Positions 1 through 9,500 of a stretch of 64,000 nt of DNA are shown piece by piece. The notes below the pieces were generated by a model. That model was not told the DNA's origin and made no database searches. It saw only the letters and a program-made list of their open reading frames with translations. Source of the stretch: a virus (lineage: Duplodnaviria; Heunggongvirae; Uroviricota; Caudoviricetes); IMG/VR virus record IMGVR_UViG_3300023184_000031, positions 42,256-106,255 of that record; one strand, written 5' to 3'. How positions within the stretch are numbered: the stretch's first letter is position 1; each line of letters begins with the position of its first letter. The position numbers and the translations under genes were made by a program.

Positions 1-534
1 CCAGTACAAGCAACTGAACCAGAAGATTTATTCATGGGTAGTGCTACAAATCCATTAGCAATGTACTTTGATAATGAACCAAATAATGATGGATCTGAAG
101 ATTTTAACAATGAAGAAGAACCAACAGCCGGCGATATAGAACCAAGCGAACCAATGTCAGCTGCAGGTAGTATGTCTGATGAAGATTATGATGCTTGGAT
201 GAAATGGAGTGATTTAAATGATCGTTTAAGTGCTACTAAATCTAATATATTAAAAGCTAAGCGTAATAAAGGTGGTAAAATTATGGGAGATATTGGTGAT
301 ACATCATCAAATGAAATACCTCGTTTAACTACTCTTAAACAATCATTAGAAGATAGAATGAATGCTTTGGTAGCAAAATCTAAATATCTTCAAAGTAAAA
401 TTGAAAAAGAAACAGGCAAAGCATACGAACCAATTGAAACGGATATTGAGGATGAAGAAGATACAATAGATGAAGCATTTAATAGAGAATACGAAATAAG
501 AAAATTACAACATTATGCTGGAATTATTAAATAA
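1..534 (+). CDS. Acidic hypothetical protein, 5'-partial; ends in an EIRKLQHYAGIIK motif
   Basis: Frame is open from base 1 (PVQATEPEDLF-MGS...), so the true start is probably outside the window; C-terminus resembles the scaffold C-terminus. Confidence 0.75.
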   Translation, partial: PVQATEPEDLFMGSATNPLAMYFDNEPNNDGSEDFNNEEEPTAGDIEPSEPMSAAGSMSDEDYDAWMKWSDLNDRLSATKSNILKAKRNKGGKIMGDIGDTSSNEIPRLTTLKQSLEDRMNALVAKSKYLQSKIEKETGKAYEPIETDIEDEEDTIDEAFNREYEIRKLQHYAGIIK

Positions 535-871
535 ATATAAAAAACAGGCATTATATATTATTATTGGTTTATTAGTAATGTATTCAATGATTTGCCTATT
601 TACACCAAAACCACCAATGCCTATTGATTATAGAGCATCTATTGATTCTCTTATTCAATCAAATAATGTATTAATAGACCATCAAAATAAAATTGATAGT
701 ATAATTATTATTTATAATGCTAAAGTAGATTCGGTAGATAATAGAATTGATAGTGTTAAAGAAAAAACCATTATCATTAAAAAGTATTATCACGAAGTAA
801 GTAGTAAAGTAGATACGTTTCAAATATCACAACTAGATTCATTTTTTAACGCAAGATATCCACAACCATGA
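515..871 (+). CDS. Membrane-anchored coiled-coil protein (possibly spanin-like)
   Basis: N-terminal hydrophobic segment YIIIGLLVMYSMICLF followed by heptad-like sequence; overlaps next gene by 4 nt (ATGA). Confidence 0.55.
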   Translation: MLELLNKYKKQALYIIIGLLVMYSMICLFTPKPPMPIDYRASIDSLIQSNNVLIDHQNKIDSIIIIYNAKVDSVDNRIDSVKEKTIIIKKYYHEVSSKVDTFQISQLDSFFNARYPQP

Positions 872-1260
872 AATATCTATTAATTATATTAATATCATTA
901 TTACCAATAGCAGTAAAATCACAAGATACATCTATTAAGATATCTACATCAACTGCTAGAAGAGTTGCTAAAGATTTAGTGATATGCGATAGTACTAAAG
1001 CAATGCTTGAGGTAACTAAAGAACAACTTTCATTAACTGAACAAAAAGTAGTATTGAAAGATAGTATTATATCTAATCATGTTAATAAAGGATTATTGTA
1101 TGAAGCACGTATTCAAAACGAACAAGATAAGTTTAAGATACAAGGAATGTGGGTTAATGATTTGCGCAAACAGAATAAAAAACTTAAAGCTAATTTAATG
1201 TTTACTAAAATAGTGCTATCAGTAGCGCTAGGTGGACTAATATTACTTTCAGCCAAATAA
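868..1260 (+). CDS. Signal-peptide, coiled-coil protein with C-terminal TM segment (possible spanin partner)
   Basis: MKYLLIILISLLPIAVKSQ signal-like N-terminus; C-terminal IVLSVALGGLILLS. Confidence 0.55.
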   Translation: MKYLLIILISLLPIAVKSQDTSIKISTSTARRVAKDLVICDSTKAMLEVTKEQLSLTEQKVVLKDSIISNHVNKGLLYEARIQNEQDKFKIQGMWVNDLRKQNKKLKANLMFTKIVLSVALGGLILLSAK

Positions 1261-1305
1261 TCGTCCTGCTACCATAGGACTGCCTATCTAGACCATAGGT
1301 GCAAG

Positions 1306-1334
1306 AGCTTAATCCCGTAAGGTTAGGCTTTTTT
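1306..1334 (+). terminator. Intrinsic terminator
   Basis: Stem AGCTTAATC/GGTTAGGCT with G-U pairs, followed by a T run. Confidence 0.65.
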
Positions 1335-1336
1335 AT

Positions 1337-1344
1337 ATATTTAT
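1337..1344 (+). promoter_or_regulatory. ATATTTAT putative late-promoter motif
   Basis: Recurring motif, 25 nt before the ATG at 1370. Confidence 0.55.
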
Positions 1345-1369
1345 TAATATAAATAACAATAAAAAAAAA

Positions 1370-1711
1370 ATGAAACAACAAATTAACGAAATCAAAAGAA
1401 TGCAAGAGTTAGCTGGCCTATCAGTAAACAATGAAGCATTTGCTTCTTTTCAAAATACATTTAAAGATACAAATGATGAAGAGCAAAAACAATCAATGAC
1501 AAGAGTATATGGAGACGCTGATGATTATCCTAAAGAATTAAATACATTAGTATCAACTTTTATAGGAGCTTCAGATAATTATGCAATCACAAAAGATGGT
1601 AACACATTTAATGTTTATAAATACAGACGTATGCTAGATGGTGTTGGTAATCCAACTCCCTTTACTAGTATAGATGATGCTAAGAAGTTTATACAAAAGG
1701 ATAATAGGTAA
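1370..1711 (+). CDS. Hypothetical protein with N-terminal INEIKRMQELAGL tag (putative internal head protein)
   Basis: Tag nearly identical to the 41292 ORF and similar to the scaffold C-terminus. Confidence 0.7.
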   Translation: MKQQINEIKRMQELAGLSVNNEAFASFQNTFKDTNDEEQKQSMTRVYGDADDYPKELNTLVSTFIGASDNYAITKDGNTFNVYKYRRMLDGVGNPTPFTSIDDAKKFIQKDNR

Positions 1712-1742
1712 AACCACTCTTAGGATAGAATCCCTTAGTTAA

Positions 1743-1769
1743 CCCAACTCCATAAGGTTGGGCTTTTTT
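1743..1769 (+). terminator. Intrinsic terminator
   Basis: Stem CCCAACT/GGTTGGG followed by T6. Confidence 0.6.
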
Positions 1770-1771
1770 AT

Positions 1772-1779
1772 ATATTTAT
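1772..1779 (+). promoter_or_regulatory. ATATTTAT putative late-promoter motif
   Basis: 21 nt before the terminase ATG. Confidence 0.55.
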
Positions 1780-1800
1780 ATACAATCAATAGTATATAAT

Positions 1801-3396
1801 ATGGCTGAACAAGCTAACATTAAAGATATAATAAAACAGGAATATATAAAATGCGCTATGGATCCCGTGCATTTTTTCCGCAAATATTGTTACATTACCC
1901 ACCCGGTTAAAGGTAGAGTATTATTTCATTTATACTCATTTCAGGAAAATACATTAAATGAATTTAGATCTAATCGTTTTTCTATTGTAAATAAATCACG
2001 TCAGTTAGGTATTTCTACTCTAGTAGCAGGATACTCATTATGGACAATGTTATTTAATAAGGATAAAACAGTATTGTGTATAGCAACAAAGCAAGAAACC
2101 GCTAAAGGTATGGTTGAGAAAGTACAGTTTATGTATAATAATCTACCAGCTTGGCTACGTGGTAATACAAAACCACTATCAGATAATAAACTCTCACTCA
2201 AATTAGCCAATAACTCTCAAATTGTAGCTACATCAGCCGCCTCAGATGCAGGTAGATCTTACGCTGTATCTTTGTTACTAATAGATGAGGCCGCGTTTAT
2301 TGAAGGTATTGATAAAATATACACGAGTATTAAACCAACAATTGCTACGGGTGGAGGAATTATTGCCTTATCATCACCAAATGGTATTGGTAACTGGTTC
2401 CATAAAATGTATACTGAAGCTCAAATTGGTAAGAATGACTTTAAGCCAATAGAACTAAAATGGAATTTACACCCAGATAGAGTGGCACCAATAGATCCAG
2501 GATGGGAAGAACGTGAACGTGCTAATATGTCTCCTAGAGAATTTGCTCAAGAGTATGACTGTGACTTTTTGGGATCAGGAAACTCAGTCGTAGATTCAGA
2601 CATATTAACCTTTTATGAGCAAACATACATCCAAGAACCAATCGAACGTCGCTTTTTGGGTGGGGATTATTGGATTTGGCAGTATCCAGATTATAGCAAG
2701 TCTTATGTGGTGTGCGCTGACATTGCCCGTGGTGATAGTAGTGACTATTCTACGTTCCATGTTATCGACATCGAATCCTGTGAACAAGTCGCAGAATATA
2801 AATCCCAAATAGGTACTAGAGATTTTGGTAATATGCTAGTATCTGTTGCTACAGAATACAACAACGCATTATTAGTACCAGAAAACTCAAATATAGGATG
2901 GGATGTTGTTAATACTATTATTGAAAAAGGATACCAAAATCTATATTATTCTCCTCGCGCTTATGGTGAACTAAATATTGATAAGTGGATGGCTAAAATG
3001 GGTACCGATCAAACAGTACCTGGGTTTACTATGTCAGTAAAGACAAGACCACTTGTTATCTCTAAAATGGAGGCGTATATTCGAGATAGACATTTTATTT
3101 TTCATTCTAAACGTTTGCTAGAAGAACTACGTGTGTTTATTTGGATGAATGGTAAACCACAAGCACAAAATGGATATAATGATGATTTGGTAATGGCCTT
3201 AGGTATTGGATTATTTATTAGAGATACTGGTATTAAATTTAATCAACAAGGTATGGATATAACTAGAAAATCTATTGATAATATATCTAGTACAAGATTG
3301 GGATATAGTAATATGGCATCCATGCCTGATGGTGTAGCTAACCCATACCAAATAGAAACCCCATATGGGTCAGAGGACATTACATGGCTAATATAA
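1801..3396 (+). CDS. terL: Terminase large subunit (T4 gp17-like)
   Basis: KSRQLGIST Walker A, LLLIDEAAFI Walker B, SSPNG motif III, nuclease CADIARGDSSDYS and NDDLVMAL. Confidence 0.95.
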   Translation: MAEQANIKDIIKQEYIKCAMDPVHFFRKYCYITHPVKGRVLFHLYSFQENTLNEFRSNRFSIVNKSRQLGISTLVAGYSLWTMLFNKDKTVLCIATKQETAKGMVEKVQFMYNNLPAWLRGNTKPLSDNKLSLKLANNSQIVATSAASDAGRSYAVSLLLIDEAAFIEGIDKIYTSIKPTIATGGGIIALSSPNGIGNWFHKMYTEAQIGKNDFKPIELKWNLHPDRVAPIDPGWEERERANMSPREFAQEYDCDFLGSGNSVVDSDILTFYEQTYIQEPIERRFLGGDYWIWQYPDYSKSYVVCADIARGDSSDYSTFHVIDIESCEQVAEYKSQIGTRDFGNMLVSVATEYNNALLVPENSNIGWDVVNTIIEKGYQNLYYSPRAYGELNIDKWMAKMGTDQTVPGFTMSVKTRPLVISKMEAYIRDRHFIFHSKRLLEELRVFIWMNGKPQAQNGYNDDLVMALGIGLFIRDTGIKFNQQGMDITRKSIDNISSTRLGYSNMASMPDGVANPYQIETPYGSEDITWLI

Positions 3397-3429
3397 TTAA
3401 TAAATATTTATTGACATAATAAAACACAA

Positions 3430-5319
3430 ATGGCTGAACAAAATACAGGTTTATTTAGTAGATTAAGACGTTTATTTAGTACTGATGTGGTAATCAGAAA
3501 TGTAGGCGGAAACCAACTAAAAACAATAGATGTTGATCGTATCCAAGCATATGGTAATGTAAAAACCAATGCTCTTATAGATAGATTTACTAAGCTACAC
3601 CGCTATGGCGCTAATATGCCATACAACCCAACAATGAACTACCAAACACTTCGTATTCAGTTGTATACTGACTATGAAGCTATGGATACTGAATCAATCA
3701 TTGCCTCTGCTCTTGATATTATTGCTGATGAATCAACACTTAAGAATGAAACACAAGAAGTATTACAAATTCGATCACCAGATGAAAATGTACAACGTAT
3801 ATTATATAATTTATTCTATGATGTATTGAATATTGAATTCAATTTATGGTTATGGATTAGAAATATGTGTAAATATGGCGACTTTTATTTACATCTTGAG
3901 ATAGCTGAAAAATTTGGTGTATATAATGTAACACCATTATCAGTTTATGATATGATTCGTGAAGAGGGTATGGATCCTCAAAATCCATCATACGTTTGTT
4001 TCAAGATTGATCCAATGGTGATCGCAGCTGGTGGTATTAATTCACGTGTTAAAGATAGAGATGGTAAAATCAAATTTGAAAACTACGAAATAGCGCATTT
4101 CAGGCTATTAACTGACGCTAACTATCTCCCTTATGGACGCTCGTACATAGAGCCTGCTCGTAAAACATATAAGCAGTATGTGCTGATGAAGGATGCAATG
4201 ATGCTCCATCGTATAACACGTGCCCCGGAAAAACGTGTATTTTATGTTGATATAGGTAATATGCCACCAAACGAGGTTGATGGATACATGGAACGTTTAA
4301 AGCAAAAAATGCAAAAAACACCATATATAGATAAAAATACAGGTGAATATAATCTGAAGTATAATATGATGAACGTGATGGAGGATTTTTATATCCCTCA
4401 ACGTGGCTCTAACTCAAATACTAAGATTGATACAATTAAAGGTCTTGAATATAATGCTATTGATGATGTAAATTTCCTACGTGATGAAATGTTAGCGGCG
4501 CTTAAGGTACCTAAAGCATTCTTTGGCTTTGAAAAAGATTTGACTGGTAAAGCTACATTAGCTGCTGAAGATATTCGTTTCGCTCGTACAGTAGAGCGTA
4601 TTCAGCGTATTGTATTATCTGAACTATATAAAATTGCATTAGTACATTTATATACTCAAGGATTTGATGGTGAAGCACTATCTAATTTTGATTTAGCATT
4701 AACAGTTCCATCAATTATATATGAGCAAGAAAAAATTGCTCTATGGAAGGAAAAGATTGCATTAGCTAAAGACATGCAGGACACTAAATTAATCCCATCT
4801 GATTGGATATTCGACAATATATTCCAATTCAGCGAAGATCAATTCGATGAAATGCGCGATCTAGTAGCTGAAGATATGAAACGTACATTCCGCTTCTCAC
4901 AAATCGAGAATGAGGGTAATGATCCGGCTAAATCAGGTAAATCATATGGCACACCACATGATCTAGCATCATTGTATGGTAAAGGTAGAGCAGGTATGAA
5001 TATAGATGGACCTGTCCCTCCAGGATATGATGAAAAACGTCCTGTTGGTCGTCCTGAAGAAAAAGCATCTATTATAGGTACACAAAAAGATCCATTAGGT
5101 AAAGATAGATTAGGTAGTAAAGAAAATGCTACATTATATACTGCTAATATTCCTGATGAAGGTAGTGGCACACCAAAAAGCTATGGTGCTTTAGCACTAG
5201 CTGAAACATTGCGATATAGAGATATGTTAAAAGGTATACCAAGATCTGATAAACAAATGGTATTCGAATCGCAACAGGAATCTTCATTATTAGACGAAAA
5301 AAATATTAAGGATATATAA
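3430..5319 (+). CDS. gp20: Portal protein (T4 gp20-like)
   Basis: YGRSYIEPARK, RAPEKRVFYVDIGNMP, EDFYIPQRG, ALKVPKAF motifs; follows terL. Confidence 0.93.
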   Translation: MAEQNTGLFSRLRRLFSTDVVIRNVGGNQLKTIDVDRIQAYGNVKTNALIDRFTKLHRYGANMPYNPTMNYQTLRIQLYTDYEAMDTESIIASALDIIADESTLKNETQEVLQIRSPDENVQRILYNLFYDVLNIEFNLWLWIRNMCKYGDFYLHLEIAEKFGVYNVTPLSVYDMIREEGMDPQNPSYVCFKIDPMVIAAGGINSRVKDRDGKIKFENYEIAHFRLLTDANYLPYGRSYIEPARKTYKQYVLMKDAMMLHRITRAPEKRVFYVDIGNMPPNEVDGYMERLKQKMQKTPYIDKNTGEYNLKYNMMNVMEDFYIPQRGSNSNTKIDTIKGLEYNAIDDVNFLRDEMLAALKVPKAFFGFEKDLTGKATLAAEDIRFARTVERIQRIVLSELYKIALVHLYTQGFDGEALSNFDLALTVPSIIYEQEKIALWKEKIALAKDMQDTKLIPSDWIFDNIFQFSEDQFDEMRDLVAEDMKRTFRFSQIENEGNDPAKSGKSYGTPHDLASLYGKGRAGMNIDGPVPPGYDEKRPVGRPEEKASIIGTQKDPLGKDRLGSKENATLYTANIPDEGSGTPKSYGALALAETLRYRDMLKGIPRSDKQMVFESQQESSLLDEKNIKDI

Positions 5320-5356
5320 TAATTATATATTTATTGGTAGTGCACACTAAACTTAT

Positions 5357-6211
5357 ATGAAAATAAAACATAGTAAATTTAAAAATACTGGTATATTATT
5401 TGAATTACTAGTACGCCAAGTAGCATCAGATACAGTATCTGGTAAAGACTCAGCTGCTATTAATTTGATTAAGAAATATTTTTCCAAGTCAGAATTGGCT
5501 AAAGAATATAAACTATACCAGGCTTTAGTTAACTCAAAAGCATTAACAGAAGGTAAAGCCGAGTCATTAATTAATGCTACGCTTGAAATATCTTCACGTT
5601 TAAATCGCTCTGCACTACGTAAAGAAAAATATAACATTATTAAGGATATTCGTGAACATTATGATTTAGAAGATTTTTTTAAATCAAAGATTAACAACTA
5701 CTCCCAATATGCTGCTGCATTTAATTTAATAGAGGCTCACAACTCACTAGAGTTTGTTGAGCCATCTCAAGTTATTGAAAATAAGGTAACACTACTTGAA
5801 CACATCATACGTAAAGAAGTAAATAAAGATGAAGTAAAAGATCGTGTAATGGAAGAATATCTTTCAATGGATAAAGGTACGCGCATTTTAGTATACAAAA
5901 CATTATTAGAAAGATTTAATAATAAATATAATGATATGTCTAACACACAGAAATCTGTGTTGAAAGAATACATTAATAATATATCTAATACTGTTAAATT
6001 ACGTGAATTTGTTAATAATCATTTCGCTGCTATTAGAGCAGAATTGAATAGATTAAATCAAACAGTAACAGACAAAACAGTACAAATTAAAATACACGAA
6101 GTGGTTAATATTCTTAAACCACTTGAGAAAAATCAAAATGTAAAAGACGACAATATTATTGCTTTACTACAATTCCACCAATTAATATCAGAATTAAAGA
6201 CAGTAAAATAA
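5357..6211 (+). CDS. Conserved-looking helical hypothetical protein in the head module
   Basis: 284-aa ORF with its own ATATTTAT motif (5327-5334), between portal and protease. Confidence 0.7.
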   Translation: MKIKHSKFKNTGILFELLVRQVASDTVSGKDSAAINLIKKYFSKSELAKEYKLYQALVNSKALTEGKAESLINATLEISSRLNRSALRKEKYNIIKDIREHYDLEDFFKSKINNYSQYAAAFNLIEAHNSLEFVEPSQVIENKVTLLEHIIRKEVNKDEVKDRVMEEYLSMDKGTRILVYKTLLERFNNKYNDMSNTQKSVLKEYINNISNTVKLREFVNNHFAAIRAELNRLNQTVTDKTVQIKIHEVVNILKPLEKNQNVKDDNIIALLQFHQLISELKTVK

Positions 6212-6879
6212 TGGATTTAAAAGAATATATCAAACAGCTTGCCCGTGAAATATTGGATGAAGAAACGGGTACAGGTGCTATTGGTGTTGGTGCTGGTCCT
6301 ATTATGACACCAAATTGGGTTGCTCCTAAAGGACAAAAAGAAAACGCTGCAACTAAAACAGCTAAAAAGCAAGGGTTTACTGTTACTAAAGGTGAAACTG
6401 AAATGCCTGGTGATTCTAAAGTAAAAGATTACGTATCATTAACAGGTAAGAAGAAAAAGAAAGTTAAAATATACCAGGAAAGCGGCTACGATGATCCATC
6501 TAAATATGGAGCAAAATCCGAATATGGAGCATCATCACCATATAGTGCTGCATCTAAATATGGCGCTGCAAGTGAGTATACAAAAAACGAATCACTGACA
6601 AATATTGTTAAAGAAGAGTTACTGAACGAAGTAACATACCATAAATTCAAAAACGAAGTTAAATTCCGCACTAAAAACGAACAACTACACAAAGCAATAC
6701 GTGAAGTAAAACGTAAATTACAAGAAATTGATCGTATTGTTGAATATACATCTCGTATGAAGCAAGAATTGAGTGAAGGTGAAGAAGGATTAAAGTACTG
6801 GAAAAAAACAGAAAGCAATATAGCAACTATATCAGAAATGATAAATCAATTAAACAACAAAATTAAAAACTTATATTAG
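6211..6879 (+). CDS. Hypothetical head-associated protein
   Basis: Coupled ORF; LAREILDEE and IVKEELLNE motifs; internal SxYGA repeats; C-terminal coiled coil. Confidence 0.65.
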   Translation: MDLKEYIKQLAREILDEETGTGAIGVGAGPIMTPNWVAPKGQKENAATKTAKKQGFTVTKGETEMPGDSKVKDYVSLTGKKKKKVKIYQESGYDDPSKYGAKSEYGASSPYSAASKYGAASEYTKNESLTNIVKEELLNEVTYHKFKNEVKFRTKNEQLHKAIREVKRKLQEIDRIVEYTSRMKQELSEGEEGLKYWKKTESNIATISEMINQLNNKIKNLY

Positions 6880-6881
6880 TA

Positions 6882-7010
6882 ATGGCTAAAGCAAAAGGAT
6901 CTAGTGATGCTAGAAAAGTTACATTTGGAGCTCGTAAAAAAGGAACAGCAAAAAAATCATTCAATAAACACACACCACGACCTAAGAAATACGTAGGTCA
7001 AGGACGATAA
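6882..7010 (+). CDS. Small highly basic peptide, 42 aa (not in ORF track)
   Basis: Manual translation MAKAKGSSDARKVTFGARKKGTAKKSFNKHTPRPKKYVGQGR; fills the gap between neighbouring ORFs. Confidence 0.7.
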   Translation: MAKAKGSSDARKVTFGARKKGTAKKSFNKHTPRPKKYVGQGR

Positions 7011-7020
7011 AAGACATACA

Positions 7021-8718
7021 ATGAAAAGTATTAAACAACAGTACATCGATCTACGTGAAGGTAATATGTCACAAGCAAATTTCATGCGTAACTTACGTAT
7101 GACCTTACCTCAATACGTTACTAATTTATCTTCATTTGAAGACTCAGTTCGTATCCTTAAAAATAAAGGTATATTGACTGAAGCTGATCTTTCTATATCA
7201 AAAGATACAGTAGATAAGATGAAAAGTGTCCTTCAAGGATTAACAGCTAATAATGATGAATATCATAGAGACGGATATACTATGGGTTTCTTTGAAGGTG
7301 AGGGTCAAGATGAAAAAGGTAAAGAAATATCTGAAACCGATACTAATTCAGGTCCAAATGCTCAGTGGTTAGGAAGCATTAAAGATATTATAGAAGATAA
7401 ATGGCAAAATGGTGAAATCAAAACATCGGCTGAATATGGTAGTGTAATGACTAAATTAAGTACTCAACCAGAAGGTATAATAGCTCAATATGGTGAAACT
7501 AGTGCTGAAGATGCTGCTAATAAATTACTTAATAGTGTATCTCATTTAGGTAGTGAATATGAGCCAGAATCAGGAGAAGATGAAGATTTTGAAAGAGATT
7601 ATGATATGGATTATAAAGACCCAAATGATCCTTTTGATATGGCTGAATCATTAAATGAAACAGTATCAGATGATGAGATCATGAAAAAATATAATGAAAT
7701 GTTTGGTAAAAATCCACAAACTAAATTTGCGGATGTAGCTAAAGCATTAAATATTCCTGAAGATCAAGTTAGTGCTGCTTTACAACCGGGAAATATACCT
7801 AAATTTGGTTTAAGAGAAGCCAAAGACGAAAAAGGTAAATGGACTAATACATCTGGTAAATCAATGTATGATCAATTTAAAGAAATTGACAATTTAAATG
7901 GTCAAGAAGTATTGATTGGTATTGATTTTGAAATGGAAAAAAACCATGATTTAACTAAACAAGAGGCTGCTAAAATTGTAATTAGGAATTTAAAGAAAAT
8001 TCCAAACTATTATACTAATTTTAAATTGTCAGGTAAAGAAGGATACGAACCAGGTTATATTGGCGGGAAATCAGCTCAACCAGAAGCACATCAGATGCAG
8101 TATCTTGATAAAAACAGGGGTAATGTAGTTGATAAGAAAAGAGGAATGCAACCAGTAAAAGGTGTTGAAAAACCTAAAAAAGATTCTGATAAAGGCGGTG
8201 AAACAAATAAAGCAGAAAAGAATATTAAATTAATGTCTCTTATCGCTAAAACAGTACGTGGCATGAAGAAAATGGATGCGACTGGTGAGAAAATGAAGAA
8301 AATTGTAATGAAAGAAGCACAATTAAATGACTTCCCAGGTGAAACACCAGGTAAAATAGCTCAACAAATACAAAATTATATTGATAGCAACCCAACATTA
8401 CAAAAATATTCAGACGAAATTACATTACAATCAAATCCTGATGGATTTTTAAGATTTGGATATTGGGAAACATTACCATCTGATGCTGCTAAAGCATTAT
8501 CATTGCAATTCAATATTGAACCAGATTATATTGATGCTGATGAAGATACTTCAGGGGGAACTTTTTACAGATTAACACCAAAACATACAGCTGGTAAAGT
8601 TAATTTAAATAAAGCTGATTTAATGAGAATGATTCGTGAAGAATTAGCTGAAATAACAGGCGTTTATAGCGGTGATGCAATGGATGCTGAAGACGGAAGT
8701 TCATACACAAACGATTAA
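7021..8718 (+). CDS. Large acidic hypothetical protein (putative internal head/core protein)
   Basis: 565 aa just upstream of the protease; several (I/L)xE sites such as DLRE, SLNE, GLRE and MIREEL. Confidence 0.65.
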   Translation: MKSIKQQYIDLREGNMSQANFMRNLRMTLPQYVTNLSSFEDSVRILKNKGILTEADLSISKDTVDKMKSVLQGLTANNDEYHRDGYTMGFFEGEGQDEKGKEISETDTNSGPNAQWLGSIKDIIEDKWQNGEIKTSAEYGSVMTKLSTQPEGIIAQYGETSAEDAANKLLNSVSHLGSEYEPESGEDEDFERDYDMDYKDPNDPFDMAESLNETVSDDEIMKKYNEMFGKNPQTKFADVAKALNIPEDQVSAALQPGNIPKFGLREAKDEKGKWTNTSGKSMYDQFKEIDNLNGQEVLIGIDFEMEKNHDLTKQEAAKIVIRNLKKIPNYYTNFKLSGKEGYEPGYIGGKSAQPEAHQMQYLDKNRGNVVDKKRGMQPVKGVEKPKKDSDKGGETNKAEKNIKLMSLIAKTVRGMKKMDATGEKMKKIVMKEAQLNDFPGETPGKIAQQIQNYIDSNPTLQKYSDEITLQSNPDGFLRFGYWETLPSDAAKALSLQFNIEPDYIDADEDTSGGTFYRLTPKHTAGKVNLNKADLMRMIREELAEITGVYSGDAMDAEDGSSYTND

Positions 8719-8724
8719 TATAAT

Positions 8725-9348
8725 ATGAAACAACTACTCATAGACCATACACCCTTTAAAATAGCTAAGCTAACGCTTACCGAAGGTAAATCTACCAACG
8801 GTAGAATGTTACTTGAAGGTAAACTACAAGAAGCTGAAGTGAAGAATGGTAACGGCCGCAGATACCCACGCGAAGTATTAGAACGTGAAGTCAACAAATA
8901 CATACAAGGACCAGTAAAAAATAACAATGCTATGGGAGAATTAGATCACCCAGAATCATCTGTTATTAATTTATCAAATGTATCACACAATATTAAAAAA
9001 GTGTGGTGGGATGGTAATGATTTGATGGGACAACTCGAATTACTTAACACACCATCAGGCAAAATTGCAATGGAACTTGTTAGTGCTGGAATACCATTAG
9101 GTATATCATCACGCGGTATGGGTTCTGTTAAGCAAATTGGCGAGACTGTAGAGGTACAAGACGATTTCGAATTATTATGTTGGGATTTAGTATCAGTACC
9201 ATCAACACCAGAAGCATATATGCATCCAGTTGGTAAACTTTCAACAATGAATGAAGGTAAAAAATATATTGTTAGAGATTATAGCAGAATCAATTCATTA
9301 ATAACTGAAATAATTTGTTCACAAACAGGTGTTTGTCCGCTCTGTTAA
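8725..9348 (+). CDS. gp21: Prohead protease (T4 gp21-like)
   Basis: NGNGRRYP, GELDHP, GISSRGMGS and WDLVSVPS motifs. Confidence 0.93.
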   Translation: MKQLLIDHTPFKIAKLTLTEGKSTNGRMLLEGKLQEAEVKNGNGRRYPREVLEREVNKYIQGPVKNNNAMGELDHPESSVINLSNVSHNIKKVWWDGNDLMGQLELLNTPSGKIAMELVSAGIPLGISSRGMGSVKQIGETVEVQDDFELLCWDLVSVPSTPEAYMHPVGKLSTMNEGKKYIVRDYSRINSLITEIICSQTGVCPLC

Positions 9349-9374
9349 ATATTTGCGGTTTTCAATATCTACAT

Positions 9375-9382
9375 ATATTTAT
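9375..9382 (+). promoter_or_regulatory. ATATTTAT motif heading the scaffold-capsid operon
   Basis: Followed by a ~120-nt leader with hairpins GGGTAGC/GCTACCC and TAAGATT/AATCTTA. Confidence 0.55.
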
Positions 9383-9485
9383 GGGTAGCCTACAATAAGC
9401 TACCCTATTTTTATCCTCATGTAGCTTTGGTATTATAAATCCACACATTAAGATTCCCAATAATCTTATTTCCGTAATTAAATTT

Positions 9486-9491
9486 AAGGAG
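9486..9491 (+). promoter_or_regulatory. Shine-Dalgarno AAGGAG before the scaffold gene
   Basis: AAGGAG 9 nt before ATG 9501; the only clear SD I noticed. Confidence 0.55.
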
Positions 9492-9500
9492 AAAATTTTT

